This document shows positions 47,479 through 56,813 of a DNA stretch of 64,000 bases, in pieces. The notes under the pieces are model-generated. The model saw only the letters and a program-made list of their open reading frames with translations, was not told where the DNA came from and searched no databases. The DNA comes from an uncultured Parvularculaceae bacterium (GTDB lineage Bacteria > Pseudomonadota > Alphaproteobacteria > Caulobacterales > Parvularculaceae). Positions within the stretch are counted from its first letter, which is position 1. Every line of letters starts with the position of its first letter. The position numbers and the translations under genes are program-made. Location: the NCBI GenBank assembly GCA_947259375.1, contig CAMYLZ010000018.1, forward strand, positions 55,441 to 119,440, in the 5' to 3' direction.

Positions 47479-48450
47479 TCAGGCGCGGCCGCCGCCAAGC
47501 CAGCCAAGCCAGATATCTGCATATCGCTTGCGGCTGAGCTGCGGCGCCGGCCTGCCAACGACGCCCCGCATCAAGGCGATCAGCCGACCGGCCAGCCACG
47601 CAATATTCGCCAGGAATGGTCCGGCCGGCCCGTAAACCTTTCGAAAATAGCGCGCACGCGATCGGTAGTAATAGGCCGGGAGCCGCGCGCCCTCGTCCTG
47701 CTTTTCGCTGAGTTTCGTCGAGCCGCCCGCATCGTGGACGAATACGGCGGCCGGCACATAGCGGATTTCAGCGCCGCGCCGGGTCAATCGCCGACAATAA
47801 TCGCAATCCTCATAATAAAGGAAAAACCCCTCATCCATCGGGCCGGCTCTATCTATCGCTGCGCGCCGGATCATCACCGCAGCGAAACTCACCCATGCCG
47901 GATCGGTTGCAACATCGTCGGGAAAAATCGGCGTTTCACCATGCGGCAACAGCCGGGTCACCGGGCCCGTCTGCGCGCCGTCGACAAACTCACTGGCGAG
48001 ACTGTGACGACGAAACCGGGACACTTGCGGGGCGCCATCGCTGGAGACGATCTTCGGCGTAAAAACACCGGCCGCCGGCGCGGCTTCCGCAGCGGCGAGC
48101 AGCGCCTTGAGGGCGCCGGGGCGCACCTCGGCATCGCTGTTCAACAACAACACAAACTCAGAGCGAATGTTTTCAAAACCGATATTGTTGCCAGCCGAAA
48201 AGCCCCCATTGCCGGGCGCGGCGACGACTTTCATACGGGCGCGCGCCGGCGCAATCTCACGCCAGGCGCAAAGCCGCTCAAATGAACCGTCGCCGGATGC
48301 GTTGTCGACGACGACACAAGCCCCCTCGACTTCCTCCAATTGCCGCGCCAGCGAGGCAAGGCATGCCTCCACGAGAGCCGGCGTGCGGTAATTCACAATC
48401 ACCACGCCAAGCCTGAAACGGCGATTTTCGTCATATTCGTCTTTCGCCAT
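47479..48450 (-). CDS. Glycosyltransferase family 2 (rhamnosyltransferase-like)
   Basis: IVNYRT, VVDNASGDGS, GFSAGNN, LLNSD, FFLYYEDCD. Confidence 0.9.
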   Translation of the reverse strand: MAKDEYDENRRFRLGVVIVNYRTPALVEACLASLARQLEEVEGACVVVDNASGDGSFERLCAWREIAPARARMKVVAAPGNGGFSAGNNIGFENIRSEFVLLLNSDAEVRPGALKALLAAAEAAPAAGVFTPKIVSSDGAPQVSRFRRHSLASEFVDGAQTGPVTRLLPHGETPIFPDDVATDPAWVSFAAVMIRRAAIDRAGPMDEGFFLYYEDCDYCRRLTRRGAEIRYVPAAVFVHDAGGSTKLSEKQDEGARLPAYYYRSRARYFRKVYGPAGPFLANIAWLAGRLIALMRGVVGRPAPQLSRKRYADIWLGWLGGGRA

Positions 48451-48482
48451 ACGATTTCACTGTTTCATTCTTGCTGCAGTTG

Positions 48483-48498
48483 CTAAGCTGGTTTTAAC
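48483..48498. promoter_or_regulatory. CtrA-like box CTAA-N7-TTAAC
   Basis: ctaa-gctggtt-ttaac between the divergent GT2 and wzc-like genes. Confidence 0.5.
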
Positions 48499-48681
48499 GC
48501 TTTGATTTAGCACGGCTTGCCCTGATTATAAGAGCCCTGCATGAGCCGCGCCGGCGTTCTGGCGGCGCAATTCTTGCAGCGCCGCTCGCCGATACAGGCA
48601 TGGCGTGTCCGCCGCGGCGCTAATGGCCGCATGAACTGGGATGAGGCTTCCACAGGCCTCGATGAACAGGACTGAACGAGA

Positions 48682-50310
48682 ATGGGCGAAGAATTCACAC
48701 TCGAAGACGCGCTGATCATCCTGCAAAGGCGGTTCTTGTATTTCATCATCCCGGTTCTGGTGATCGCCCCTATCGGCGTGATCACCGTGATGCTGTTGCC
48801 GGCGAAATATACCGCCCAAGGAACCATTCTTGTTGAGTCGCAGCAAATCCCGACTGATTTTGTCCGCTCGACGATTAACGCCTATGCGCATGAACGCATC
48901 CAGACCATTCGCCAGCGCGTCATGACGCGCAATCGCCTGCTTGAGGTTGCAGACGAATATAAGCTTTTCCCGCGCGAACTTGGCCTGTCCGAAACCGAAC
49001 GCGTCAAGAGAATGCGCAGCAATCTGAAAGTCGACCTCATCACCACGCGAACCAATCGCGCCTCCGGCGACGGCACGATTGCCTTTACGGTCGCATATAC
49101 GGATAGCAACCCTGGCAAATCCTATCTCGTCGCCAATAAGTTCATGACGCTGTTCCTTGACGAAGATATTCGCGCACGCACGGCAGGCGCGTCCAACACG
49201 ACAGAATTTTTTGAGCGGGAAACGTCGCGCCTTCGCGCGGCGGTCGCCGACCTTGAAAATCGCGTATCGGAGTACAAGACCGTTAATGCAGGCGCGCTTC
49301 CCGAACAGCTCAGCATGAATCTCGATATGCTAGAACGACTGCAAAGAGAGCAATCTTCAGCCCAGTCCTCGATCACTCAACTTGAAGAAGAGCGGCGCTT
49401 TCTGGAGGACCAGCTCATCAGCGGCAATAAGGGCGATAACGGGCTTTCGATTGAGCTGGCCCGCCTCGAATCCGAATTGGCGCGGCTGCGGGCCACCTAT
49501 CGCGACAGCTATCCGGAAGTAATCGCGAAACAGGACGAAATCGCCGCCATTAAACAGCGCATGGCGCCAAGCGAGGAGATCAAACGGCTGCGCAACCGCC
49601 TGAGTGCGGCGGAAGACACCTTGAGCCGACGGGAACGCGCGGACAGCGACGATCCGGAAGCGATGGCGGCTGCCGAAGCCGACATAGCGGCGGCGCGCGA
49701 AGCATTGAGCTCGCGTATTGCCGAAGAAATGCGCAAAGGATCGGACGATATCGCCGGCGTGCAGCTTGAAGGCCGCATCGCTGTCGTCGAGAACCGCATC
49801 CGCATGCTGAACCGGCAAAGTGAGACCACGCGCGAGCGCATTATCGCTTTGGAACAGCGCATAGCGCGCACCCCGGAAGTCGAACGCGGTCTTTCCGCAC
49901 TGACCCGTGATTACGAAAACATGTTCAGGGAATATCAGGACATCCTCGACAAACAGCAGGACGCCCAGCTTGCGGAAAACCTGGAAGAAAATCAGCAAGC
50001 TGAGAAATTTTCCATTCTGGAGCCCGCGCTTAATCCTGAAGAGCCGTCCAGCCCGGATCGCCTGAAACTGATTTTTGTCGCGCTGGTTGGCGCGATCGGC
50101 CTTGGCGGCGCCGCCGCTCTCGGTGTCGAGCTGGTCATGGCTAGGCTTCGCGGCCGGAGCCACATTGCTAGCATCATTGACGGTCAGCCAATCGCCGTTA
50201 TTCCGTATATTCACGGCGAAAATAACCGCCGCCTGCGTTTGCCATTTTTAAACAACCGGCCGGGCAAGGGCCGTTTTGGCGAACACATGACGGAGCGAGA
50301 CGCAGCTTAA
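48682..50310 (+). CDS. Polysaccharide chain-length determinant (Wzc/GumC transmembrane part)
   Basis: Two TMs flanking a long coiled coil; LPAKYTAQGTILVE, FSILEPA..PEEPSSPDR. Confidence 0.9.
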   Translation: MGEEFTLEDALIILQRRFLYFIIPVLVIAPIGVITVMLLPAKYTAQGTILVESQQIPTDFVRSTINAYAHERIQTIRQRVMTRNRLLEVADEYKLFPRELGLSETERVKRMRSNLKVDLITTRTNRASGDGTIAFTVAYTDSNPGKSYLVANKFMTLFLDEDIRARTAGASNTTEFFERETSRLRAAVADLENRVSEYKTVNAGALPEQLSMNLDMLERLQREQSSAQSSITQLEEERRFLEDQLISGNKGDNGLSIELARLESELARLRATYRDSYPEVIAKQDEIAAIKQRMAPSEEIKRLRNRLSAAEDTLSRRERADSDDPEAMAAAEADIAAAREALSSRIAEEMRKGSDDIAGVQLEGRIAVVENRIRMLNRQSETTRERIIALEQRIARTPEVERGLSALTRDYENMFREYQDILDKQQDAQLAENLEENQQAEKFSILEPALNPEEPSSPDRLKLIFVALVGAIGLGGAAALGVELVMARLRGRSHIASIIDGQPIAVIPYIHGENNRRLRLPFLNNRPGKGRFGEHMTERDAA

Positions 50311-50345
50311 GCAAATAGGTCAGGATTTCGGGGTAGGTCGGCTTT

Positions 50346-51161
50346 ATGGATCGTATACGAAACGCCGTAACGCGAGCGCGGCATGAGAGAGAAAAAACCG
50401 CCGACCCGGCGCGATCGGCGCAAAGTCGCAATGCGGTCGAACCCGGTGGCGTCGAACCCGGTGGCGCGGGATACGACTTTGCGCGCGCTGAGTGCGATTT
50501 TGAAAACTTCGCCAAGCACCGGATCATCGCCAATGAACAAGACCCGGTGCTGAATGCATATCGCGTCTTGCGCACACGAACATTGCAAAAAATGGAGGCG
50601 AACAACTGGCGCACGCTGGCGGTCGTCTCCCCTGGTTCCGGCGCGGGCAAGACTGTCACGGCGATCAATCTCGCCATCGCCATCGGCTCCAAACTCGGCT
50701 CGCGCGCGACACTGATTGATCTCGATTTTTATCGGCCGAGCGTCGCCCGCTATTTGGGACTCAAGGATTTTCCGTCGGTTCTGGATTATTTCGAGGGCAA
50801 GCGCGATCTTCATGACATCGCGCTGCGGCCGCCGCTGCCGGACGTCCTGGTGCTCGCCAATGAACGGGTGACGCGGCGCGGCGCCGAGCTTCTAACCTCG
50901 CCTCGGGCCGACGAGATGATAGACACCGCCGTCAATGATTTCGCCTCCAGGGTGGTCATTTTCGATATGTCGCCCCTGCTCGGATGCGACGACACGATCG
51001 CGTTTCTCCCGAAAATTGACTGCGCGCTTCTCGTCGCGGCAAGCGGCGACACCAGGGTGGACGAGCTTAAAGAAGCGCAGCGGGTGCTCGGCCAGACCAA
51101 TATTCTCGGCACCGTCCTGAACAAGGCGCCGGCCGCTTTCATGCCGAACCAGTATTACTAA
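50346..51161 (+). CDS. CpsD/CapB-type protein tyrosine kinase (Wzc cytoplasmic part)
   Basis: AYRVLRTR, Walker A SPGSGAGKT, A' LIDLDFYRP, Walker B VIFDMSP, C-terminal NQYY. Confidence 0.9.
   Translation: MDRIRNAVTRARHEREKTADPARSAQSRNAVEPGGVEPGGAGYDFARAECDFENFAKHRIIANEQDPVLNAYRVLRTRTLQKMEANNWRTLAVVSPGSGAGKTVTAINLAIAIGSKLGSRATLIDLDFYRPSVARYLGLKDFPSVLDYFEGKRDLHDIALRPPLPDVLVLANERVTRRGAELLTSPRADEMIDTAVNDFASRVVIFDMSPLLGCDDTIAFLPKIDCALLVAASGDTRVDELKEAQRVLGQTNILGTVLNKAPAAFMPNQYY
50436..50465 (+). repeat. Exact 15-bp tandem duplication (VEPGG x2)
   Basis: gtcgaacccggtggc occurs twice, in frame, in the N-terminal linker of the kinase. Confidence 0.9.
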
Positions 51162-51343
51162 TGTGATGGCGTTTGCCCGCCGAGGCGGTGCGAAATGTCG
51201 CAAAAAGAGCTTCAAAATGCGGTATTGTGGCGTTCTGGCGCTTGAAGCCCATAGGTAAACTCCCCAGTATAAAATCCTGTGAAGGATTTATTCACGCCAG
51301 CAATTTAACGCACGGAACCAAGTTCTGAACGAGCCGGCACGCC

Positions 51344-52420
51344 ATGAAAGTTTCCCAGTCCGTTAAGCTCGCCGGCATTTTTGTCGCGCTGATCGCCATT
51401 TATTTCATGGTTAGCGGTTTGTTCGGCGCCAATGGCGATGTTGACGCCGGCCCGGCGGAGCAAGACGTGTTCTCCGTCCTGACCCGCACCGTAACGCCGG
51501 AAGCCTGGGCGGACACAATTGTCATCCGCGGGCGCACTGAGGCCGATCGAAAAGTGATCGTCAGGGCGGAAACCAGCGGCGCCGTTGCGGCGACGCCCGC
51601 CGAACTCGGCGCGCTGGTTAATGGAGGCGCGGTTCTGTGCCGCCTCAATGAGGATGCAAGGCGCGCCCAATTGGCCGAGGCGCGCGCTTCGCTCGACAAG
51701 GCCGAGCTTGATTACAAAGCCGCCGTTAAGCTGAATGCGGATGGTTTTCGCGCAGAGACCAGCGTTGCGGCTGCGAAAGCCCTTCGCGATCAGGCGGCGG
51801 CGACGCTGCGGGGCGCCACGCTCGAGCTTGAAAAAACCGATATCAAATCGCCCTTTGAGGGTATCTTTGACGCGCGCCATGTCGAAGTCGGCGACTTCAT
51901 GGCGGTCGGCGACCCATGCGCGACCGTCATTCAGCGCTCGCCTTTTCTGGTAGTCGGCGCCGTTTCAGAGCGCAATGTCAGCAAGATATCAAAAGGCGAT
52001 CGCGGCGTTGCGCGTCTCGCCACGGGCGAAACCATCGAAGGCGAAGTGCGCCTTGTTTCCGCGGCGGCGGATCCGGCGACCCGCACTTTCGATGTCGAGC
52101 TTGAAATTCCAAATGAAGCCGGCGCACTGCGCGATGGCGTGACCGCCGAGTTCACGGTCTTCGCTGCGGAACGCAACGCTCATCGCTTGCCGCGCGGGGC
52201 GCTTGTGCTTGACGATAACGGCGATATCGGCGTCCGCTTTGTCCAACAGGACGGCGTGGTCGCCTTCGCGCCGGTAACGCTCATTGGCGAGACGCCGTCG
52301 GGCATCTGGGTTTTGGGCCTTGGCGGCGAAGTGCAGTTGATCGTGCGCGGACAGGAATATGTCTCGGCAGGACAGACCGTCGTCGCAATGCCGGAGGATG
52401 ACACGGGCGGGGCGTCATGA
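51344..52420 (+). CDS. RND efflux periplasmic adaptor (MFP)
   Basis: N-terminal TM; VRAETSG.V, IKSPFEG, VEVGDF, ADPATRTF, G.EYV..G.TV. Confidence 0.92.
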   Translation: MKVSQSVKLAGIFVALIAIYFMVSGLFGANGDVDAGPAEQDVFSVLTRTVTPEAWADTIVIRGRTEADRKVIVRAETSGAVAATPAELGALVNGGAVLCRLNEDARRAQLAEARASLDKAELDYKAAVKLNADGFRAETSVAAAKALRDQAAATLRGATLELEKTDIKSPFEGIFDARHVEVGDFMAVGDPCATVIQRSPFLVVGAVSERNVSKISKGDRGVARLATGETIEGEVRLVSAAADPATRTFDVELEIPNEAGALRDGVTAEFTVFAAERNAHRLPRGALVLDDNGDIGVRFVQQDGVVAFAPVTLIGETPSGIWVLGLGGEVQLIVRGQEYVSAGQTVVAMPEDDTGGAS

Positions 52421-55400
52421 CCGCGCTGATTGACGCCGCTTTCGCACGAACGCGTGTCGTCATGACCGCGCTTCTGGTCTTCGTGTTTTTCGGCCTTGTT
52501 TCCTTCAACACCATCCCGCGCGAGGCGGATCCGGATGTGCCGGTGCCGTTTGTCGGCATCACCATCCCGCTGCCCGGCATTTCTCCGGAGGACGGCGAAC
52601 GGCTGTTGCTGCGGCCCACCGAATTGGAGCTCCAGAATATTGAGGGCCTCAAGCAGATGGACGCGTTCGCTTATGATGGGGCCGCGCAGTTCGTTCTGGA
52701 ATTTTTGACGACAATCGATCTCGACCAAGCCGTGCTCGACGTTCGCGAAGCGGTCGATCGCGCGAAATCGGAATATCCGGCCGATGCTGAAGAACCCATC
52801 GTCCAGGAGTTCAACGCACAAACGCAATTCCCCATCCTGACGACGGTGATTTACGGCGCCGCGCCCGAACGCGCCTTGTTCCAGACCGCACAGCGGCTCG
52901 AAGACAAGCTGGAAAGCATCTCCGGCGTGCTGGAAGCGCGCCTTACCGGCGCGCGCGAAGAATTGCTCGAAGTCATTGTTGATCCGCGGGTGCTCGAATC
53001 CTACGGCCTCACGGAAATGGAAGTCGTCAATGCGGTGAACGCCAACAACCGCCTGGTCACCGCCGGTTCTGTCGATCTCGGCGACGGGCGTTTCACGGTG
53101 AAGGCGCCGGGCCTTGTCAGAAATGCGGAAGACCTCGCCGCAACGCCGGTCCGCGTCAGCGGCGAAAACGTTATTACCATTGGCGATGTCGCCAGCGTCA
53201 GGCGCACCTTCAAAGACCGTGACGGCTATGCGCTGTTCAATGGCGAATTGGCCATCGGCGTCGAAATTTCAAAACGCTCTGGCTTCAATATTGTCGAGAC
53301 AATCGAGGAAGCGCGCCGGGTCATCGAAGAAGACTCAAAGTTCTGGCCTGCGACGATCAAATACGAGTTTATCAGCGACCAGTCGACATTCGTCAGGGAC
53401 AGCCTCAATGGGCTGACCGCCTCGGTAATGACGGCGATCTTGCTGGTGATGATCGTTGTCGTGGCGGCGCTCGGGCTGCGCTCCGCGTTGATGGTCGGCA
53501 TCGCGATTCCGACAACCTTCCTGATGGGTTTTTTATTGCTGACCTTGTTCGGCTACACGCTGAACATGATGGTGATGTTCGGCCTCGTGCTGGCGGTCGG
53601 GATGCTGGTCGACGGTGCTATCGTCATCGTCGAATATGCCGACCGTCGCATGGCGGAAGGCGCGCCTCGGCGCACGGCCTATCTTGAAGCCTCAAAACGC
53701 ATGTTCTGGCCGGTGATCACCTCGACAGCGACGACGCTCGCCGCCTTCGCACCATTCCTGTTCTGGCAGGACACCGCCGGCGAGTTCATGAAATACCTGC
53801 CATTGACGCTGATCTTCGTGCTGCTCTCCTCGCTGGCGGTGGCGCTGGTGTTTCTCCCGGTTTTGGGCTCGCTGTTCGGCATCCCGCAATGGATGAAGAA
53901 AAAGCTCAAAATGAAGGGCAAAACCGAGGGGCCGGCCAAGCAATATGAGATCGACGAAATCGACCCAACGACGCTCGGCGGGCCAGTCGCGGCTTATTCC
54001 CGTTTCCTGCGAGAACTGGTCGCGCGGCCTTTGCTTGTCGGGATCGCCGCGATTGGCGTCGCCGCGATGTGCATCGGCTCTTTCGTCGCCGCTGCGCCGG
54101 AATCGGAATTTTTCATTCGTAATGACGACGACGAGATCAACCTGCTCGTCATGGCGCGCGGCAATCTTTCGTCCAGCCAGAAAATCGACGTCGTCAGGGA
54201 AGTCGCCGCGCTGATCGAAGACCATCCGGCGATCGATCATCTATATCTGCAAACCGGCCCAGAGCTTGCCCGCGGGCAGGATATTCCGGTTGAAACCGTC
54301 GGTCAGGTCGGCGTCAAACTGGTCTATTATTCAGAACGCGAACATTCCACTGCCGTGGTGGAGCAACTGCGCGAACGGGTCCGGCATGTCGCCGGCGTGC
54401 ACGTAGAAGTTCGCCAGCGTCAGGCCGGGCCGCCAATCGGCAAGGACGCGCAACTGGAAATTTCATCGCCGGACTTCGACGCCATGGTCGCCGCGGCAAA
54501 AAAGGCGCGTTCGTTTGTCGATACATCGACGATCGTCATCGACGGCCAGGAAGTGCCTGCCTTTATGGACCAGGAAGACACGCTGCCTTTGCCGGGCATC
54601 GAATGGACGATCGAGATCGATCGCGCGCTGGCCGGCCGATACGGATTGTCTGTTCAACAGGCCGGCGCGGTATTGCAATTCGTCACGGACGGATTGCTGA
54701 TCGATAAATACCGGCCGCTCGACGCCGATGACGAGATCGATATTCGCGCCCGCTACCCTAAAGATCAGCGCAATATCTTCGCACTTGACCGGGTGCGCGC
54801 GCAGACGCCGCAAGGATCGGTTCCGCTGTCGAATTTCGTCGCACGCGTCGCCAAGCCGCAAGTTGACCGGATCAACCGGCGCAATGGCGCGCGCATTATC
54901 GAGGTCAAAGCCAATGGCAACACGCAGGTCGCCGGGCATGAAGTCAGTCAGGACCGGGCCATCGCGCAGATGAAAAACTGGCTCGAAGCCGGCGCCCTCG
55001 GGCCGGATGTCACATGGATCATGCGGGGCGCCGATGAAGAAACCGCCGAAGCGGCTGCGTTCTTCCAGAATGCGATGATCGCCGCCTTATTCATGATCGC
55101 GATGATCCTCCTTCTGGAATTCAACAATTTTTATCACGCCATCCTGACGCTTTCGGCCGTCATTATGTCCGTGCTCGGCGTATTGCTGTCCATCGCGCTG
55201 ACCGGGCAATATGTCAGCATCATCATGACCGGCACGGGCATTGTCGCGCTCGCCGGCATTGTCGTAAACAACAACATCGTACTGATAGACACGTATCAAT
55301 ATCTGCGCCGCAAAGGCCTTGCGGTTGAAGAAGCGGTCGTGCGCACAGCGGCCCAGCGCGCCCGCCCGGTGCTGCTGACCACCGGCACAACCATTCTCGG

Positions 55401-55722
55401 ATTGTTGCCGATGGTATTCGAGATCAATGTGAATTTCGCCGCCGGAGCGATCACACACGGATCATCGACCTCTGACTGGTGGGTGCTTTTGTCTTCGGCG
55501 GTCGTTTACGGGCTCGCGTTCTCTACCATCCTGACACTGATATTGACGCCCGTCATGCTGGCGGCGCCGACCGTGCTGCGGCGCCGGGCGCCTGTCGCCT
55601 ACGCACGCACCGTGTCGCTGGCGTCATCGCTGGCAGCGCAGTTCGCAGGGCGATCCCGCCCGAAAGCAACGCCGCCGCCCGAACCATCGCCGGAAACCGA
55701 GATCCCGCGCGCAGCGGAGTAA
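52417..55722 (+). CDS. RND efflux permease (AcrB/MdtB family)
   Basis: IPREADPD, GMLVDGAIVIVE, GEFMKYLP, GIVVNNNIVLID, RARPVLLTTGTTILGLLP. Confidence 0.93.
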   Translation: MTALIDAAFARTRVVMTALLVFVFFGLVSFNTIPREADPDVPVPFVGITIPLPGISPEDGERLLLRPTELELQNIEGLKQMDAFAYDGAAQFVLEFLTTIDLDQAVLDVREAVDRAKSEYPADAEEPIVQEFNAQTQFPILTTVIYGAAPERALFQTAQRLEDKLESISGVLEARLTGAREELLEVIVDPRVLESYGLTEMEVVNAVNANNRLVTAGSVDLGDGRFTVKAPGLVRNAEDLAATPVRVSGENVITIGDVASVRRTFKDRDGYALFNGELAIGVEISKRSGFNIVETIEEARRVIEEDSKFWPATIKYEFISDQSTFVRDSLNGLTASVMTAILLVMIVVVAALGLRSALMVGIAIPTTFLMGFLLLTLFGYTLNMMVMFGLVLAVGMLVDGAIVIVEYADRRMAEGAPRRTAYLEASKRMFWPVITSTATTLAAFAPFLFWQDTAGEFMKYLPLTLIFVLLSSLAVALVFLPVLGSLFGIPQWMKKKLKMKGKTEGPAKQYEIDEIDPTTLGGPVAAYSRFLRELVARPLLVGIAAIGVAAMCIGSFVAAAPESEFFIRNDDDEINLLVMARGNLSSSQKIDVVREVAALIEDHPAIDHLYLQTGPELARGQDIPVETVGQVGVKLVYYSEREHSTAVVEQLRERVRHVAGVHVEVRQRQAGPPIGKDAQLEISSPDFDAMVAAAKKARSFVDTSTIVIDGQEVPAFMDQEDTLPLPGIEWTIEIDRALAGRYGLSVQQAGAVLQFVTDGLLIDKYRPLDADDEIDIRARYPKDQRNIFALDRVRAQTPQGSVPLSNFVARVAKPQVDRINRRNGARIIEVKANGNTQVAGHEVSQDRAIAQMKNWLEAGALGPDVTWIMRGADEETAEAAAFFQNAMIAALFMIAMILLLEFNNFYHAILTLSAVIMSVLGVLLSIALTGQYVSIIMTGTGIVALAGIVVNNNIVLIDTYQYLRRKGLAVEEAVVRTAAQRARPVLLTTGTTILGLLPMVFEINVNFAAGAITHGSSTSDWWVLLSSAVVYGLAFSTILTLILTPVMLAAPTVLRRRAPVAYARTVSLASSLAAQFAGRSRPKATPPPEPSPETEIPRAAE

Positions 55723-55730
55723 GGCCGTCC

Positions 55731-56711
55731 CTACTCGCCCCCTTCTTCGCTCTCGGCGTCATCGGGCACGTCGAAAATCTGTCCCGGATAGATCAGGTCC
55801 GGATCGCGAATCTGATCGGCATTCGCCTCGTAAATGATCGTATATTGCGCGCCGCGGCCATAGGCCCGCCGCGCGATGCGCCACAGGCTGTTGCCCGGCT
55901 GAACGATGACCTTGCCGTCACGAAGGTCGACTTGGTCAGGACGCGCACGCTCGAACGGCAACTCGATGGCGTAAGCAGGGCGACCGTTTTCATCCAGTTG
56001 AACGACGAGCAGCGAATATACGCCCGGCGCAATCTGCGCTTCCGGCGCGATCGTCCAGCGCCCGTCGCTGTCGGCGGCTGTCTGTCCGAGGAGCTGACGA
56101 TTGATGAAGAGTTGCACAACCCTGCCGGGCTCGGCCGTTCCTGAGAAGATCACGGCGCCAGTGTCGTCATAGTCGATGACGTCAAGCGACAACGGCCCCA
56201 GTCCTTCCGCAGCCGCGCGCGGCTCTTGCAGGACTTCGGTCGCGCCGCCCGGCGTCGTGCGCAAGACCAGCGGCAAGTCGCCTTCGCGTTCCGGCACGTA
56301 AATGACGATCGCATCTTCGGAGCGCACCGTCATGCCGTCAGCTGTCGTCATGGAGAGGCTAAGCTCCACCGGCCCCGCTTCGAGCGGCGTGTCGGTCGCC
56401 ACGACCCAGGCGCCGTCCGGTTCGGTGATTGCAGTCGCCAGTTCCTCGTCATTCGCAAAAACGGTGATTTCAGACCCTGGCCGCCCGCGCCCGGCGATCA
56501 CCGCATAGCCGGTCCGGTCCACGCGGACGATATCAAAACTCGGCAGGGCTGCTTCAGCCGGCGCAGTTGCATCCGGCGCGCCCGGCGCAGGCGCCGGTCC
56601 CGCTTCCGCCGGCGCGTCTTCAGGGCTTTCGATAATCTTGAAACGTTCCGCCGCTTTCCAGCCGATGAAACCAAGAACGATCAGTAAAAGGACGATGATA
56701 ATGACGCGCAC
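55731..56711 (-). CDS. Membrane-anchored Ig-like + LysM peptidoglycan-binding protein
   Basis: PSFDIVRV, two Ig-like repeats, VIVQPGNSLWRIARRAYGRG..Y..IYEANADQIRDPDLIYPGQIF; GTG start with AGGAG RBS. Confidence 0.92.
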   Translation of the reverse strand: MRVIIIVLLLIVLGFIGWKAAERFKIIESPEDAPAEAGPAPAPGAPDATAPAEAALPSFDIVRVDRTGYAVIAGRGRPGSEITVFANDEELATAITEPDGAWVVATDTPLEAGPVELSLSMTTADGMTVRSEDAIVIYVPEREGDLPLVLRTTPGGATEVLQEPRAAAEGLGPLSLDVIDYDDTGAVIFSGTAEPGRVVQLFINRQLLGQTAADSDGRWTIAPEAQIAPGVYSLLVVQLDENGRPAYAIELPFERARPDQVDLRDGKVIVQPGNSLWRIARRAYGRGAQYTIIYEANADQIRDPDLIYPGQIFDVPDDAESEEGGE

Positions 56712-56750
56712 GGTGTGCAGGCTCCTTGAAAAAACGAGATGGCCTCCAAT

Positions 56751-56782
56751 TTACTTTACCCTTAACAATTTCCGCGTACAAT
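56751..56782. promoter_or_regulatory. CtrA-like box TTAC-N7-TTAAC overlapping a sigma70-like promoter
   Basis: ttac-tttaccc-ttaac (56751-56766) overlaps TTTACC-N16-TACAAT (56755-56782), between divergent LysM and LOG genes. Confidence 0.5.
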
Positions 56783-56813
56783 GCCGCACTAACATCGAGA
56801 ATTGTATAACCTT

